DNA of 64,000 bases from an uncultured bacterium (GCA_963976235.1 CAXBJM010000009.1:8393-72392), one strand, 5' to 3'; positions 27,378 through 38,352 are shown, counted from the first letter of the stretch. Notes: generated from the sequence alone by a model not told the origin. Numbers and translations are program-made.

Positions 27378-28220
27378 ATGCCCAAGCCTACGGTTTCCAT
27401 CGTGATGCCCAGTTTCAACCAAGCGAAGTTCTTGGAAGAGGCCATCACCAGTATCCTCGATCAACGCGATCAGATCCATGAGTTCATCGTCCTCGATGGG
27501 GGCTCAACCGATGGGTCAGTCGAGATTATCGAGAAGTACGCTTCGGAAATTGATCACTGGCAATCCAAACCCGACGGCGGTCAATCCAATGCGATCGCTG
27601 ACGGGTTTTCTCGTGTCACAGGGGATGTGATCAACTGGATCAACTCTGATGATGCAATTCTTCCCGGCGCGATCTACGCGATACGCGAACGATTCGCTGC
27701 TGATGAAGAACTCGGTTTAGTTGAGGGGAATACGGTGGTCATCGACGCGGATTCGAATATCTTGCGATGTGATCGGCGCGCAGGTCCCGGTAGATGGTGG
27801 GTGCGGCACGGGTATCTGCGATCACATCAGCCGAGTACATTTTTCAAACGAGCCCTATTCGAGCAAGTGGGCGGGATTGATCTCTCGCTTCAATGTGTGA
27901 TGGACACCGATCTTTGGTATCGACTTATCCCGTCGACCAAGTGCGTGCGCATGAAGCGATACATCGGGGTGCATCGAATTCATGAAGATGCCAAGGGCGA
28001 GTCATGGGATGATGTCTACGCGAGTGAACGGACACTACTCGACGAGCGATACCCACAGTTCCGCAAGCGTCCCGTCCTGCATCAGATCGGTCGAATTGTG
28101 TATTATGCATCACAGGCATACAACGGCAGAGCATCAGGCGCAAAGAATGATACCGCGTCCTTGTTCGGGAAAAATTTTCGAGATGTTTTCTCAGATGACA
28201 CCCAAGCGTTGCGGCCTTGA
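27378..28220 (+). CDS. family 2 glycosyltransferase
   Basis: VSIVMPSFNQAKFLEEAITSILDQ, VLDGGSTDGS and NSDD motifs. Confidence 0.85.
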   Translation: MPKPTVSIVMPSFNQAKFLEEAITSILDQRDQIHEFIVLDGGSTDGSVEIIEKYASEIDHWQSKPDGGQSNAIADGFSRVTGDVINWINSDDAILPGAIYAIRERFAADEELGLVEGNTVVIDADSNILRCDRRAGPGRWWVRHGYLRSHQPSTFFKRALFEQVGGIDLSLQCVMDTDLWYRLIPSTKCVRMKRYIGVHRIHEDAKGESWDDVYASERTLLDERYPQFRKRPVLHQIGRIVYYASQAYNGRASGAKNDTASLFGKNFRDVFSDDTQALRP

Positions 28221-28235
28221 TTCAAAAAGCCATGC

Positions 28236-29063
28236 TTATCGTTCATACATATTGTTGATCATCGCGTCGATTTTGCCTTTGCTTTGTTCGACGGTATCCG
28301 ATGGTCCCCAGAGTTTGATGAGGACTTTCGTAGTGGGGAGTTCGATGACAGCAGCATGAATCGCGTAGAACGGTTTTTCGTTCTGGGTTCCCCGTTGATC
28401 AGGATCAATATAGGTCCCTGAGAGATCGAAGTAAGTCACCGGGTAGTCCATCACCTCATCGGTTGACGATCGCGTGTTTGGGCGGTCAGTGAAGTATGAT
28501 TCGAGTGTGCGTTTGATCTGTGATGCAGAATCGGTTTCCTTTGTGAATGAAACCGAAGCGTTCCCGAGTTGATTCAGGACATACATCTCTGCGAATCGAC
28601 CGGTGCCAGGGATTGCCATCCGCCAATTTTCGGGCATGTCCCACGCGAACCCAGCAGCTTGTGCGTATTCTTCATCGAACTGCGTCAGCGCCAATCCATT
28701 TTCTGGAACTGTTGAGTTCTGTGCTTGCTTGGTGATGTCCCGAGCGCGATCTCTTGCTTTGCCGAGCAGCGACTTAGAGCCTGTGTCGAGTGTCCATTCG
28801 CGGACCTCGTCTTTGTATTCTTTGACGCGTTCGACCACCTCTTGGTCGATCGGCTCGTCGACTATGTCTTCGGTGACCTCATGAGCATCGTCGATTGTTT
28901 CATCAACTGCTGTTTCAAAATCATCGAGGTAGCTCGTGTCAGCTTCGAACTCAGGGGCAGGAGTGTTGGTGCTTGAACTCGAATCTGAGCATCCAGGAAC
29001 GAGCAATGCCAATGAGATAAACGATGATGCCAACACGATTGAGTATGGGGATGGAGTAGTCAT
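28236..29063 (-). CDS. hypothetical lipoprotein
   Basis: M at 29063 gives a lipoprotein signal (LALLVPGCSDSSS), followed by an acidic segment. No family recognised. Confidence 0.55.
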   Translation of the reverse strand: MTTPSPYSIVLASSFISLALLVPGCSDSSSSTNTPAPEFEADTSYLDDFETAVDETIDDAHEVTEDIVDEPIDQEVVERVKEYKDEVREWTLDTGSKSLLGKARDRARDITKQAQNSTVPENGLALTQFDEEYAQAAGFAWDMPENWRMAIPGTGRFAEMYVLNQLGNASVSFTKETDSASQIKRTLESYFTDRPNTRSSTDEVMDYPVTYFDLSGTYIDPDQRGTQNEKPFYAIHAAVIELPTTKVLIKLWGPSDTVEQSKGKIDAMINNMYER

Positions 29064-29141
29064 GCCCAAGTCTAGGGGCAGTAGGCATGTCAGGAGGATT
29101 TGCAGCACTTCGTAGTTTGAATCACCAGCTTGATTTGGGGG

Positions 29142-29543
29142 TTATCTCCAAATATCAGTTGTGATGAGTTCGATCGAGTTGCCTGATGGGTCACGAACAT
29201 AGATTGATTTCGCGGGGTATTCGCGGTTCCATTGGATTTCTTGCTCGATCGGAATGCCATGACTTGAGAACCTGTCGAGCCAGTTCTGATAATCATCGGG
29301 TTGAATCCGAAATGCGATATGACCTGGACCTCGGGGTCCATGCGATGGGACATCGCGACCGGGTTGATCAGATACGGTTGGGTCGAAGATGAGCAGCACA
29401 TGATTTTCATCAACTCGGAAGAGGGTCATCAGTTCTGATTGGCCTTCGGGTTTGTCAAAGCCGATGACTTCGTGATAGAACCAGATTGCTTCATCGATGC
29501 TATTGGCGTACAAAATTGTTTCAAGGATTGATTCAGGTTTCAT
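29142..29543 (-). CDS. VOC (glyoxalase/bleomycin-resistance/dioxygenase) family protein
   Basis: 133 aa. Paired beta-alpha-beta-beta-beta pattern with HIAF and SIYVRDPSGNSIEL motifs. Confidence 0.75.
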   Translation of the reverse strand: MKPESILETILYANSIDEAIWFYHEVIGFDKPEGQSELMTLFRVDENHVLLIFDPTVSDQPGRDVPSHGPRGPGHIAFRIQPDDYQNWLDRFSSHGIPIEQEIQWNREYPAKSIYVRDPSGNSIELITTDIWR

Positions 29544-29613
29544 GTGAAATTATAGCATCAGTAGTCTTTCATTCCGTATACTCTCTCGAGAGGGTTATTC
29601 AAAGGGACGAGCA

Positions 29614-30114
29614 ATGACCAAAGCAGATAAAAGCCAGTGGAAACCAAAGCCTATTCATTCTGTTGAAGATCTCCGAGGAGAACTCAATACAATTCAATCT
29701 GCCCATCAAGCAGGGACGCTATCGACCACTGGGGGATGGACTCCTGGGCAGAACTTAGATCATTGTGCCATCTTCATGAACAATGCATTTGATGGATTTG
29801 AGTTGAAGATGGCTTGGCCAATCCGGGTCATGGGTAAGCTGTTTATAAAACCGATGCTTGCCAAACCCAATGCACAAATGAAACCAGGGTTTAAATCCGC
29901 ACCAGCACTTGAACCCTCGGATGAAGTGAGCTTTGAAAATGGATTTGCAAACATGGATGCGGCCGTCACGAGACTTGAAGCAGGCGAGAAGATGACCCAG
30001 GATAGCCCTTTCCTTGGAAAGATGACCCATGAGCAATGGGTTGCGGTCCATCTGAATCATTGCCGAATGCACTTCGGATTCTTACAGTACGGCGATACCC
30101 AAACGGGCGCATAA
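29614..30114 (+). CDS. DinB-superfamily / DUF1569-like protein
   Basis: 166 aa. The C-terminal HLNHCRMHFGFL is typical of the DUF1569 four-helix-bundle family. Confidence 0.6.
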   Translation: MTKADKSQWKPKPIHSVEDLRGELNTIQSAHQAGTLSTTGGWTPGQNLDHCAIFMNNAFDGFELKMAWPIRVMGKLFIKPMLAKPNAQMKPGFKSAPALEPSDEVSFENGFANMDAAVTRLEAGEKMTQDSPFLGKMTHEQWVAVHLNHCRMHFGFLQYGDTQTGA

Positions 30115-30141
30115 AAAAGCCGCACATGGATTGGTGCGGCT
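30113..30141 (-). terminator. rho-independent terminator after fabG (bidirectional hairpin)
   Basis: GCCGCAC (30119-30125) pairs with GTGCGGC (30134-30140). On the minus strand the stem is followed by TTTTTT (plus-strand A-run 30113-30118). Lies between convergent stops at 30114 and 30166. Confidence 0.6.
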
Positions 30142-30165
30142 CATGAGATAACGAATCAAGCAGTG

Positions 30166-30906
30166 TTAGCACATGGTCATGCCGCCATCAACCGCGATGG
30201 TTTGGCCGGTCATGAACCGTGCGCCGTCGCTGGTGACGTATGCAACTGCAGCAGCAATATCTTCTGGTTGACCAAGTTCGCGTGTCGAGATCACGCCTTT
30301 GATATGCTCGGTGACTGCTGCGGGCAGGTCTTTGGTCATGTCTGTTTCAATGAAACCAGGCGCGACACAGTTTGCAGTGATGTTCTTCTTACCGAGTTCG
30401 CGAGCAATTGTCTTTGTGAATCCGGTGAGTCCTGACTTCGCTGCGGCATAGTTTGCTTGACCAGAGTTGCCCACGAGTCCTGAGGTGGATGCGATGTTGC
30501 AGATTCGTCCGAACTTGCCTCGCATCATCGGGCGAGCGGCAGCGCGGCAAGCAACAAACACACTCTTGAGATTTGTGTTGATCACATCATCCCATTCTTC
30601 ATCCGACATGCGAAGAATCAGGTTGTCTTTGGTGATTCCTGCATTGTTGACAAGGATATCGAGTCTGCCATGATCTTTGGCAACGGATTCAACCATTTCC
30701 GCGACCGCGGTGAAGTCTGAAATGTCGCAAGTCAGTGCGTTTGCAGATCCGCCTGCAGCTTGGATCTCTGCGACGAGTTCGTCGAGTGGTCCTTGCGAGC
30801 GGGAGACACATACCACATGGCGGCCGTCCGCTGCAAGTCGGGTTGCGATTGCGCGACCTATTCCTCGTGATGCTCCGGTGACGATGGCGACGCGTTTGTC
30901 GGTCAT
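30166..30906 (-). CDS. fabG: 3-oxoacyl-ACP reductase FabG
   Basis: VAIVTGASRGIGRAIA, NNAG and YAAAKSG motifs. Sits in a plsX-fabHDG context. Confidence 0.92.
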   Translation of the reverse strand: MTDKRVAIVTGASRGIGRAIATRLAADGRHVVCVSRSQGPLDELVAEIQAAGGSANALTCDISDFTAVAEMVESVAKDHGRLDILVNNAGITKDNLILRMSDEEWDDVINTNLKSVFVACRAAARPMMRGKFGRICNIASTSGLVGNSGQANYAAAKSGLTGFTKTIARELGKKNITANCVAPGFIETDMTKDLPAAVTEHIKGVISTRELGQPEDIAAAVAYVTSDGARFMTGQTIAVDGGMTMC

Positions 30907-30952
30907 GAGTAGTCTCGTTTCTATAACTTGATATGTGTCTTGCGTTTCTTGA

Positions 30953-31894
30953 TTAAGAAACGGTTGCTGGTTCGTTGTGTCCTTGGACCTTAGTTCCGCG
31001 ATCGATGCGTCGCATCATGCCGCCGAGGGACTTGCCCGGGGCGAGCTCGTGGAACTGTGCTCCATTGTTGTTGGCGATCAAGTGCTCGCAGCACGCTGCC
31101 CATCGGACGGGAGATGTGAGCTGGTCGACCAATCGTTGACGGATCGAATCGCCTTCATGCTCGTGTGGCAATGCGGTTACATTGGACATCACGGTGCAAG
31201 TGGGTGCGTTGATCTGTGTCGCGGCAAGCGCTTCGGAGAGCTGATCCGCAGCGGGTGCCATGATCGGTGAATGGAATGCACCTGCGACACTCAAGCGGGT
31301 TGCTCGGAGTTTCATTTCGCCTGCAATGGTTTCAGCTCGATCACATGCTGATGCGGATCCAGAGATCACGACTTGCCCTGGTGCGTTAAAGTTTGCAGCA
31401 ACAAGAATGTCATTTTCGCGTGCTTTATCACAAACAGCATTTGCGGATTCTTCATCTGCCCCGATGAGCGCAACCATCGAGGAGTCCACTGCTTGAGCAG
31501 CTTCTTGCATTGCCTTCCCTCGTAGGGCAACAAGTTTGAGCCCATCGGCAAATGAGAACGCATCGGCAAGATGTAATGCAGTGTACTCGCCTAGGGAGAG
31601 CCCCGCAGCCGCGACCATGTTGAGTTCTTTGGTTGTCAGATTCTCACTATCGAGCCAACCCATGAAACATGCGATCGACGCGGTGTAGATCGCAGGTTGC
31701 GAGACATCAGTCCTGTTGAGCGTGTCTGCGGGTCCCTCAAAGCAGAGTGTGGTGAGCGGGGCGCCGAGTGAATCGCCGAGGATTTCATCGGCTTGTTCAA
31801 AGATTACACGCGAAGCTTCTGAAGTATCGCTCCAGAGTTTGGCCATGCCGATTGTTTGAGCGCCTTGTCCTGGACAAAGTATAATATTGTTCAT
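30953..31894 (-). CDS. fabD: malonyl-CoA:ACP transacylase FabD
   Basis: PGQGAQ, GLSLGEY active-site serine, and AFHSP motifs. Confidence 0.92.
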   Translation of the reverse strand: MNNIILCPGQGAQTIGMAKLWSDTSEASRVIFEQADEILGDSLGAPLTTLCFEGPADTLNRTDVSQPAIYTASIACFMGWLDSENLTTKELNMVAAAGLSLGEYTALHLADAFSFADGLKLVALRGKAMQEAAQAVDSSMVALIGADEESANAVCDKARENDILVAANFNAPGQVVISGSASACDRAETIAGEMKLRATRLSVAGAFHSPIMAPAADQLSEALAATQINAPTCTVMSNVTALPHEHEGDSIRQRLVDQLTSPVRWAACCEHLIANNNGAQFHELAPGKSLGGMMRRIDRGTKVQGHNEPATVS

Positions 31895-31920
31895 GGTGTC
31901 CCCACAGAGTTTTGATTTGT

Positions 31921-32934
31921 TTAGAGCTGCCAGAGGCTCGATCCCCAGGTTAATCCTGCGCCAAATGCAAGGAACATGACCTTATCACCCGGTTTGACTT
32001 TGCCTGAATCCATGAGCTCAGCATACACCAATGGGACTGAGCCCGCGACGGTGTTGCCGTACTTGTTGATGTTGACGAGCAGCTTGTCTTCAGGAATCCC
32101 GAATCGCTCGCGAGCAGCATCAAGAATTCTCAGATTCGCTTGGTGGCATACGAAGTGATCGACTTCATCTGCATCCATATTCGCATCCGCGAGTGTGTCT
32201 GAGATGACTTGTTGGAACTTGTTGACCGCGAACTTGAAAACCGCTTTGCCGTTCATCTGAACACGATTGATGAAATCCTCATTGAACTCAACATGCTCAG
32301 GGAAGTCGAGATGTGATGAAGGGATAAAGAGGTGTTTCCCACCTTCACCATCAGAGTGCATCCGATGAGCGATCATGCCAACACTTGGGTTCTCACTCCG
32401 CCGAAGAACCATCGCACCAGCACCATCACCGAACAAAATCGCAGCGCCTCGCCCAGCTGTGGAGTAATCAATAAACCGGGTGATTGTGTCAGCACCGATG
32501 ACACCGATGGTTTTGTAAGCACCTGATTTGATCATCGCATCCGCGATGGACATGGTGTAGACAAACCCAGAACACGCCGCGTTGATATCCATAGCACCGA
32601 TGTGTCCCGCGCCGATCTGGTTGGCAACGATACATCCTATTGATGGTGTGGGTGAGTCCGGAGTCATCGTCGCGACAAGCAGTAGATCGAGTTCGCTCGC
32701 ATCAATTTTTGCGTCTGCCAGCGCATTTTTCATCGCAATGACTGAGATCTGCGAAGTGCGTTCGCCGTTGGTTTGATCCGCGCGTCGGCGTTCGGTGATC
32801 CCGGTTCGTTTGAGAATCCACTCGGAGGTTGTCTCCATGCAGTTCTCTAGGTCTTGATTGGTGAGTCGAGATTCGGGGAGGCACAAGCCTGAGCCAATGA
32901 TTTCAACACCGAATCGGTTGTTGGTATCACTCAT
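31921..32934 (-). CDS. fabH: 3-oxoacyl-ACP synthase III FabH
   Basis: NAACSGF active-site cysteine, HQAN, NTVAGS. Overlaps the plsX stop by 4 nt. Confidence 0.92.
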   Translation of the reverse strand: MSDTNNRFGVEIIGSGLCLPESRLTNQDLENCMETTSEWILKRTGITERRRADQTNGERTSQISVIAMKNALADAKIDASELDLLLVATMTPDSPTPSIGCIVANQIGAGHIGAMDINAACSGFVYTMSIADAMIKSGAYKTIGVIGADTITRFIDYSTAGRGAAILFGDGAGAMVLRRSENPSVGMIAHRMHSDGEGGKHLFIPSSHLDFPEHVEFNEDFINRVQMNGKAVFKFAVNKFQQVISDTLADANMDADEVDHFVCHQANLRILDAARERFGIPEDKLLVNINKYGNTVAGSVPLVYAELMDSGKVKPGDKVMFLAFGAGLTWGSSLWQL

Positions 32935-34007
32935 GATGCGGGTTCACCTTGGGTTGCATTGATTGGTTTCGCCTGTGCCAAGCCGTGAGGTTCGATATCT
33001 GCGACTTCATTGAGACGCTCAACGATTTCGTCATTCACATGCCCGCGGACATATTCGAGGGTGTTCTTGATTGCAGATTTGATTGTGCGTGCTTCCGCGG
33101 AACCATGTGAGATCATCATCACCCCATTGAGTCCAAGCAGCGGAGCGCCGCCGTACTCGTGGTAATCATTTTTCTTGTAAATTGATTTCACAATCGGTGC
33201 AAACTGCGCAGCGAGCTTTGGGTCTTGTTCCGCGATTTCTTGACCAATTGCTTGGAAGATACTCTTGGCAAACCCCTCTGCCATTTTGAGCACTGTATTA
33301 CCAACAAACCCGTCGGTTACGATGACATCTGCAACACCTGAGAATATATCTCGGCCTTCGATGTATCCGATGTAGTTAATGCCGGGGGTTTTCTTGAGCA
33401 GTTCAGCGGTTTCTTTCGCGAGTCCTGAACCCTTGCTCTCTTCGGAACCAATGTTCAAGAGACCAACGCGGGGGGATTTTTCTCCAAGCACCCGGCGGGC
33501 ATACACATCGGCCATGATCGCATATTGCCAGAGATGTGTAGCGCGTGGTTCGGGGTTGGCACCCGCATCACAGAGCACGACCGGGCCGTGAAATGATGGG
33601 AAGGTGACCGCGATTCCCGGACGATGCACGCCTCGGAGTCTTTTCATGTGCATCTGCCCTGCAGCGACACATGCGCCGGTGTTCCCTGCGGAGATCACCG
33701 CATCGCATCGAATTTTAGCTTTCTTCGACCCGATCTTCGCCATCTTTACGATGGTTGAATCTTTGTATTGGCGGACCGCAACTGTCGGGGAAGCGCCCAT
33801 AGGGATGACTTCGCTTGCATGTTCGATGACCATGCGTTTGTCTACAACTTGCTTTGAGTGAAGATAATCGGTGACCAATGCTTGATCACCGACAAGAACA
33901 AGCTCATCAGATTCACTCAGGAGTGGGAGAGCATCGATGCATCCATCAAGGATAGCATTCGGCGCGTTATCGCCTCCCATGACATCAATTGCGATGCGAA
34001 TCGACAA
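32931..34007 (-). CDS. plsX: phosphate acyltransferase PlsX
   Basis: IAIDVMGGDNAP, NTGA and VTDGFVGN motifs. Confidence 0.92.
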   Translation of the reverse strand: MSIRIAIDVMGGDNAPNAILDGCIDALPLLSESDELVLVGDQALVTDYLHSKQVVDKRMVIEHASEVIPMGASPTVAVRQYKDSTIVKMAKIGSKKAKIRCDAVISAGNTGACVAAGQMHMKRLRGVHRPGIAVTFPSFHGPVVLCDAGANPEPRATHLWQYAIMADVYARRVLGEKSPRVGLLNIGSEESKGSGLAKETAELLKKTPGINYIGYIEGRDIFSGVADVIVTDGFVGNTVLKMAEGFAKSIFQAIGQEIAEQDPKLAAQFAPIVKSIYKKNDYHEYGGAPLLGLNGVMMISHGSAEARTIKSAIKNTLEYVRGHVNDEIVERLNEVADIEPHGLAQAKPINATQGEPAS

Positions 34008-34048
34008 GGTCGACCTCCGGCGTTGGAAACATATGGTTGTGTATTATT

Positions 34049-34246
34049 TTAGGCGTCGGTGCCGATGCCCAACTTGCGTACCTTGATACGAAGACCCGGG
34101 CGAACATATCCGGATTCTGCACAGACGCGATGATGCAACTTAGGCATCCCGCTCAATGGGCAGATGGTTGGGAGTGTGCCTGTGATTGCGTCGTGTGAAC
34201 GGCGGCGCTTTGACCGGCCTCTGCTTTGGCGTTGTGATGGAAGCAT
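34049..34246 (-). CDS. rpmF: 50S ribosomal protein L32
   Basis: SRGRSKRRRSHDA motif. GGAG lies upstream of ATG 34246. Classical position upstream of plsX. Confidence 0.85.
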   Translation of the reverse strand: MLPSQRQSRGRSKRRRSHDAITGTLPTICPLSGMPKLHHRVCAESGYVRPGLRIKVRKLGIGTDA

Positions 34247-34462
34247 TGACGCTCTCCTCAAAGACTCGGGTCTGGCAACTACAATGAGTCGTCAACCGAG
34301 TACTCAATTAGGCTATGAAATATTCACAGCGGTATCTTCGACAATTCCTCCAACGACATCGCAGGAGTTTGAACGCGAACGATAGTCATTCAACCCCTTC
34401 GAGTCAATGTTCTGATGAGTGGACACAACCCGAGTGGGTGTCTATATTTGCCCTGACAATCT

Positions 34463-34535
34463 GCCTCCCTAGCTCAATTGGTAGAGCAGCGGACTCTTAA
34501 TCCGCGTGTTCAGGGTTCAAGTCCCTGGGGGGGTA
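34463..34535 (+). tRNA. tRNA-Lys (anticodon CTT)
   Basis: Acceptor GCCTCCC/GGGGGGT (G1-U72 and U4-G69 wobbles). D arm GCTC-AATTGGTA-GAGC. Anticodon stem GCGGA/TCCGC with loop CTCTTAA. T arm CAGGG-TTCAAGT-CCCTG. Discriminator A. Confidence 0.9.
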
Positions 34536-34540
34536 CTTTC

Positions 34541-34597
34541 AAAAAGCACGCTTCGCGTCGATTTTGCCCCCCAGAATCAGATCCGAGCGTGCTTTTT
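34541..34597 (+). terminator. possible terminator after tRNA-Lys (long-loop hairpin)
   Basis: AAAAAGCACGCT (34541-34552) is perfectly complementary to AGCGTGCTTTTT (34586-34597). The 33-nt loop is atypically large. The T-run is part of the 3' arm. Confidence 0.4.
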
Positions 34598-34654
34598 CAG
34601 TACATACCAGGAGAGGGAATCTCCATCGATATTCGGAAAAGGTACGGTGCATTT

Positions 34655-34936
34655 ATGGCTACTGGACGCGAGTTTTCATCCTCACAACGCAAAATCATTC
34701 ATCGGTACTATGACAATATCGACAACATTGTCATCACCCGTCTGGGTGAAATCACAACCGATATGGTGCTTGCATCAGGGGATACCAAAAAACTCGATCG
34801 TCTCTGGAAACGAGCGGAGCAAGCACTCGCGAAGGTAAAAACAAGTGATGGCGAAAAAGATCCCATGATCGAGAAAATTCTCTCATCACGGGACCTCGAA
34901 GCCCTTGGCAAACTCGTCACCAAACTCAACAGGTGA
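34655..34936 (+). CDS. small hypothetical protein
   Basis: 93-aa ORF from ATG 34655. The upstream part of the tracked ORF crosses the tRNA and is rejected. K/R/D-rich and helical. Its stop abuts the stop of the convergent GH15 gene. Confidence 0.45.
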   Translation: MATGREFSSSQRKIIHRYYDNIDNIVITRLGEITTDMVLASGDTKKLDRLWKRAEQALAKVKTSDGEKDPMIEKILSSRDLEALGKLVTKLNR

Positions 34937-36943
34937 TCAGTTGGAGTTCGAGTTGGGAATCTCAGCGTTTGCGATTTGAGCTGCCAACTCGTCGTACTTG
35001 TCACAGTACATCACACAAGTTGAAACCACAGTCGCATGCGACCAGGTCAACGGGGAGACAGACATCGGAGCCCCCGAGTACGGATCGAACTGCTCTGCGA
35101 GTACGCCTGAATCGAGCGTGAGATTCACAGTCCATTCTAATGCAGGTAATGCCCGTTTGAGTTCTTCCATACTGGTCGCAATCGCGATGTTGTATTGGGC
35201 TTGCCAGAGTGTACAGATGACCCATGGATTGCCAGGCACATCGTCAGTGTTCTCACATTCGACTTGGTGGTAATAGTCTCTTTCATACCGGGCGCATCCG
35301 CCGACATCAGTCTTGACCCACAGGCGATCGCGGAGTGACTTCATCTCGAGTTCAACGAGTTCGTCAGTCGGATCAAACGCGTCGAACGCGAAAAGCGCGT
35401 AGTTGGCGCTGTCACGGGTCATGTCCAAGCGGTAACTACCATCCTCGAGTGGGATCGCCATGCGAGCGAACTCTTTGCGTTCGCTGTGCCACATGTGTCG
35501 ACGCAGGGCGCCCTTCATGCGTTCGGCGCCCTCGCGGAATGATGCAGCGCGATCCATTTCCCCAAAGTCCTGTGCAAAGTCCGCAGCTGCTTTAAGCGCT
35601 CCGATTGTTGCGGCGACGGTAAAGGTGTGAATCCCTCTTCGTTCTTCCCAAAGGTCCCAAGATTGCAAAGGTAACCCATTGTGATCCCGATGCTCAAGCA
35701 TCCACATCGCAGGACGAACAACCAAACTAATGTAGAGTGATTTAATAAACTCGACATCACGGAATGTCTCAAAGTGTTTGCGGAGCGCCCAGAGAGTGAG
35801 CGCGGTTTCGTCCTGCTGAATGGGCAGAATCGCTTGTCCATCGATCATCCAGGGGTGCCATGAACTCGCCAGATTGCCCTCAGGGGTGTATTTGTGCAAG
35901 AAGTAAGGCTTGTCACCAATGCAATCATGTGCAAAGCGGAAGAAGTTTCTGCTCAACTCACTCTGTCCTGCGAGGATCAATGAATGGGCAACCAATGCGC
36001 CATCCCGCATCCAGCAGTAGGAATAATGATCTCCTGCGAAGTGCGTGATGTCCGAGTCGTTGGCTGCGATGATTGCCCCGCCGTTGTCGATCTGGGTGCG
36101 GAGAATGAGCTGACTTTGGAAATACAAGTCTTGCACAGGCTCAGGCAGGACATCGATATTGATTGGTTCCTTGCGTGACCAGAGTTTCCAGTATGCTTCG
36201 GTGCGAGCGATCAATCTTTCGGGTGAGACTTCCCAGATCCGTTCATTGATATGCTTTGCATCATCATAGTTCTGTGTGCATGCGATCCACATGGTTGCTT
36301 CTTGGGTTGCAAATGGTTTGATCTGGAGATTAATCCCAACCGTCGCATCGACAGAACCCTGTGAAATGGCGTTCTTACCGAGTTGACCATCTTCCGCATC
36401 GCGCCAGGTGCCTTCGGCGCCGCCGACGCGCTTGGCGCCGATTGCCCAGTGCTCAACACCGACATGGTTCGGTGTTGAGGTGTTGATCAAGAAATACGCA
36501 TCGTCTTTGTACATGATGACCGCACGGGTTGATGGGTCATAGTTTGCGGTATCACCAACAGGCGACCCATTGATCGAGAAATCACAATGGAAAAACAATC
36601 GGACATCGCGTGTTTTGCCTGCGAGATCGCGCACTGTCAAGTGTCTGAAGTAGACCGGTTTATGGAGGTCGACAACATCGTTGGAAACGATTTCAATCCC
36701 GAGTTCTTTATGAACGAGGGTGACTTCAGTGGTGAGTGAATCTGGTTTGTACCGAAGATCACGGGTCCACCCCTCGTCTTCGATCCATGCCATCTTCCCA
36801 TCAATCCAAACACCAAAGCGTTGGGGATGACCATTGGTATGGTTGTGTCGACCGACCCTTGGTGAGTAGAGATCGCGAATGCGATACAGGTCGTCAAAGG
36901 TGATCAACATGTTGCCGTTGCCGACGGGGATATCTCTTGGCAT
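34937..36943 (-). CDS. glycoside hydrolase family 15 (glucoamylase/trehalase-like)
   Basis: 668 aa. N-terminal beta-sandwich plus an (alpha/alpha)6 region with YSYCWMRDGA, WDLWEER and LAEQFD-type motifs. Confidence 0.85.
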   Translation of the reverse strand: MPRDIPVGNGNMLITFDDLYRIRDLYSPRVGRHNHTNGHPQRFGVWIDGKMAWIEDEGWTRDLRYKPDSLTTEVTLVHKELGIEIVSNDVVDLHKPVYFRHLTVRDLAGKTRDVRLFFHCDFSINGSPVGDTANYDPSTRAVIMYKDDAYFLINTSTPNHVGVEHWAIGAKRVGGAEGTWRDAEDGQLGKNAISQGSVDATVGINLQIKPFATQEATMWIACTQNYDDAKHINERIWEVSPERLIARTEAYWKLWSRKEPINIDVLPEPVQDLYFQSQLILRTQIDNGGAIIAANDSDITHFAGDHYSYCWMRDGALVAHSLILAGQSELSRNFFRFAHDCIGDKPYFLHKYTPEGNLASSWHPWMIDGQAILPIQQDETALTLWALRKHFETFRDVEFIKSLYISLVVRPAMWMLEHRDHNGLPLQSWDLWEERRGIHTFTVAATIGALKAAADFAQDFGEMDRAASFREGAERMKGALRRHMWHSERKEFARMAIPLEDGSYRLDMTRDSANYALFAFDAFDPTDELVELEMKSLRDRLWVKTDVGGCARYERDYYHQVECENTDDVPGNPWVICTLWQAQYNIAIATSMEELKRALPALEWTVNLTLDSGVLAEQFDPYSGAPMSVSPLTWSHATVVSTCVMYCDKYDELAAQIANAEIPNSNSN

Positions 36944-37248
36944 GGTGCGGACTCGTTTCGAACTGATTGATGTGAAATCTTCTCTGTGATTGAGATATCG
37001 GTCATTCAGACCTGTCAGATTGCTCTAATAGAGCATAGGAAGGGTGAATTGTCAGCAGAATACGGCATTGAAAAGAAATCATTGCCCAAACAAAGGGAGT
37101 ATCTGATTGTGCTGACTCAATTCTTGCAGTATGATGCATAAGCGTACTTTGTAGAAGGGGTATTTGTTTTTTTGGGGATAATGTCTAGGTTATCCTGCGA
37201 CCCTTCTTTTGTACCAAGTGATCAGATATTCATTTTCAAAGGTAAGTT

Positions 37249-38352
37249 ATGGCAGACAAAGCATTGTCCCTGAATTCGTTCAGCCCCAAATTGATCCGTC
37301 GTCACACGGGGTTCACACTTATTGAGCTTTTAGTCGTGATCTCAATTATCGCACTTCTGGTGAGCATTTTGCTCCCGGCCTTGGGCAGTGCGAGGGGGTC
37401 GGCTCGATTACTCAAAAGCCAAGCAAACTTGAAATCGCTCGCACAGATCCAAGAGGTCTATGCCGGTGATTTTCACGGGAGTTTGATGAACCCATTTGAT
37501 ATTCAGAAGTTCAACGATCGAAATCGTCCTGGGAGTGGTCCACGCCCGGGAGGAGCAGGTTGGGGACTTGCACAAAAAGTAGGGTCGTCATATGCGATTG
37601 AGTTTCCCCCAGGTGGAAACAACGGCCCAGAGTGGTATTCAGAAATGTACGCTTTCCATTGGTATTCGATCATCGGCGGCTGGTTGGGTCAGGGGAACTA
37701 CGAATCAGAAGTTCAGTTCTCGCCCGCAGACCGATCAATGATCGCAAGATTCCAATCCCTTCAGGATGATCCACCGAACGGCTGGACACTTGATCGAGGA
37801 TTCTGGGATGGTTCTTACGTGCTCTCACCCACAATCTGGTTCTCGCCCGAGCGCTACAAAGACACCGGCCGCGGGGCAGCTCCACGGATGAACCCTGTTG
37901 AGTCGATGACTCGTCGCAACAAGATGTCGAGTGTTGCGTATCCATCACAGAAAGTGCTTCTTTGGGAACGATTCGATTGGACAAAGAGAGAACGCACGGC
38001 AAGTACAAGAAACCCGAATATTATGGGCGGTGCTGTGATTGTCTTTGGTTCAGAAAACCTATCGCCGCAATGGAATAACTCCGAAGCGGAACCATCTGTC
38101 GCAACCGCAGATGGGAGTGTGTCTCGTGTGAAAATCGATACGATTTTTCAAGGGATCGGAAGCGACAACGAACGAACAGCACGATCATACACTCCTACAG
38201 ATATGTGGAATCCCGTGTACTCCGGTCTTCAGGCATATCAAATGCATGAAGACGGATTCGAGATCGGCGATCCGCGTACCGGCCTAGGACAATATCCTGC
38301 CTTCTTCTGGGCAACCCGTGATGGTGTTCGAGGACGAGATTTTACTCGTTAA
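37249..38352 (+). CDS. prepilin-type N-terminal cleavage/methylation domain protein, DUF1559 family
   Basis: [31 protein letters not shown] leader and C-terminal [12 protein letters not shown]-rich 300-nt upstream spacer. Confidence 0.8.
   Translation: MADKALSLNSFSPKLIRRHTGFTLIELLVVISIIALLVSILLPALGSARGSARLLKSQANLKSLAQIQEVYAGDFHGSLMNPFDIQKFNDRNRPGSGPRPGGAGWGLAQKVGSSYAIEFPPGGNNGPEWYSEMYAFHWYSIIGGWLGQGNYESEVQFSPADRSMIARFQSLQDDPPNGWTLDRGFWDGSYVLSPTIWFSPERYKDTGRGAAPRMNPVESMTRRNKMSSVAYPSQKVLLWERFDWTKRERTASTRNPNIMGGAVIVFGSENLSPQWNNSEAEPSVATADGSVSRVKIDTIFQGIGSDNERTARSYTPTDMWNPVYSGLQAYQMHEDGFEIGDPRTGLGQYPAFFWATRDGVRGRDFTR

Noticed and set aside
34934-34939. Abutting convergent stop codons TGA|TCA (small ORF versus GH15), and the shared TTAA at 21471-21474
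   Set aside because: This is compact convergent gene packing without an intervening terminator. It is noted, but there is no evidence of a special function.
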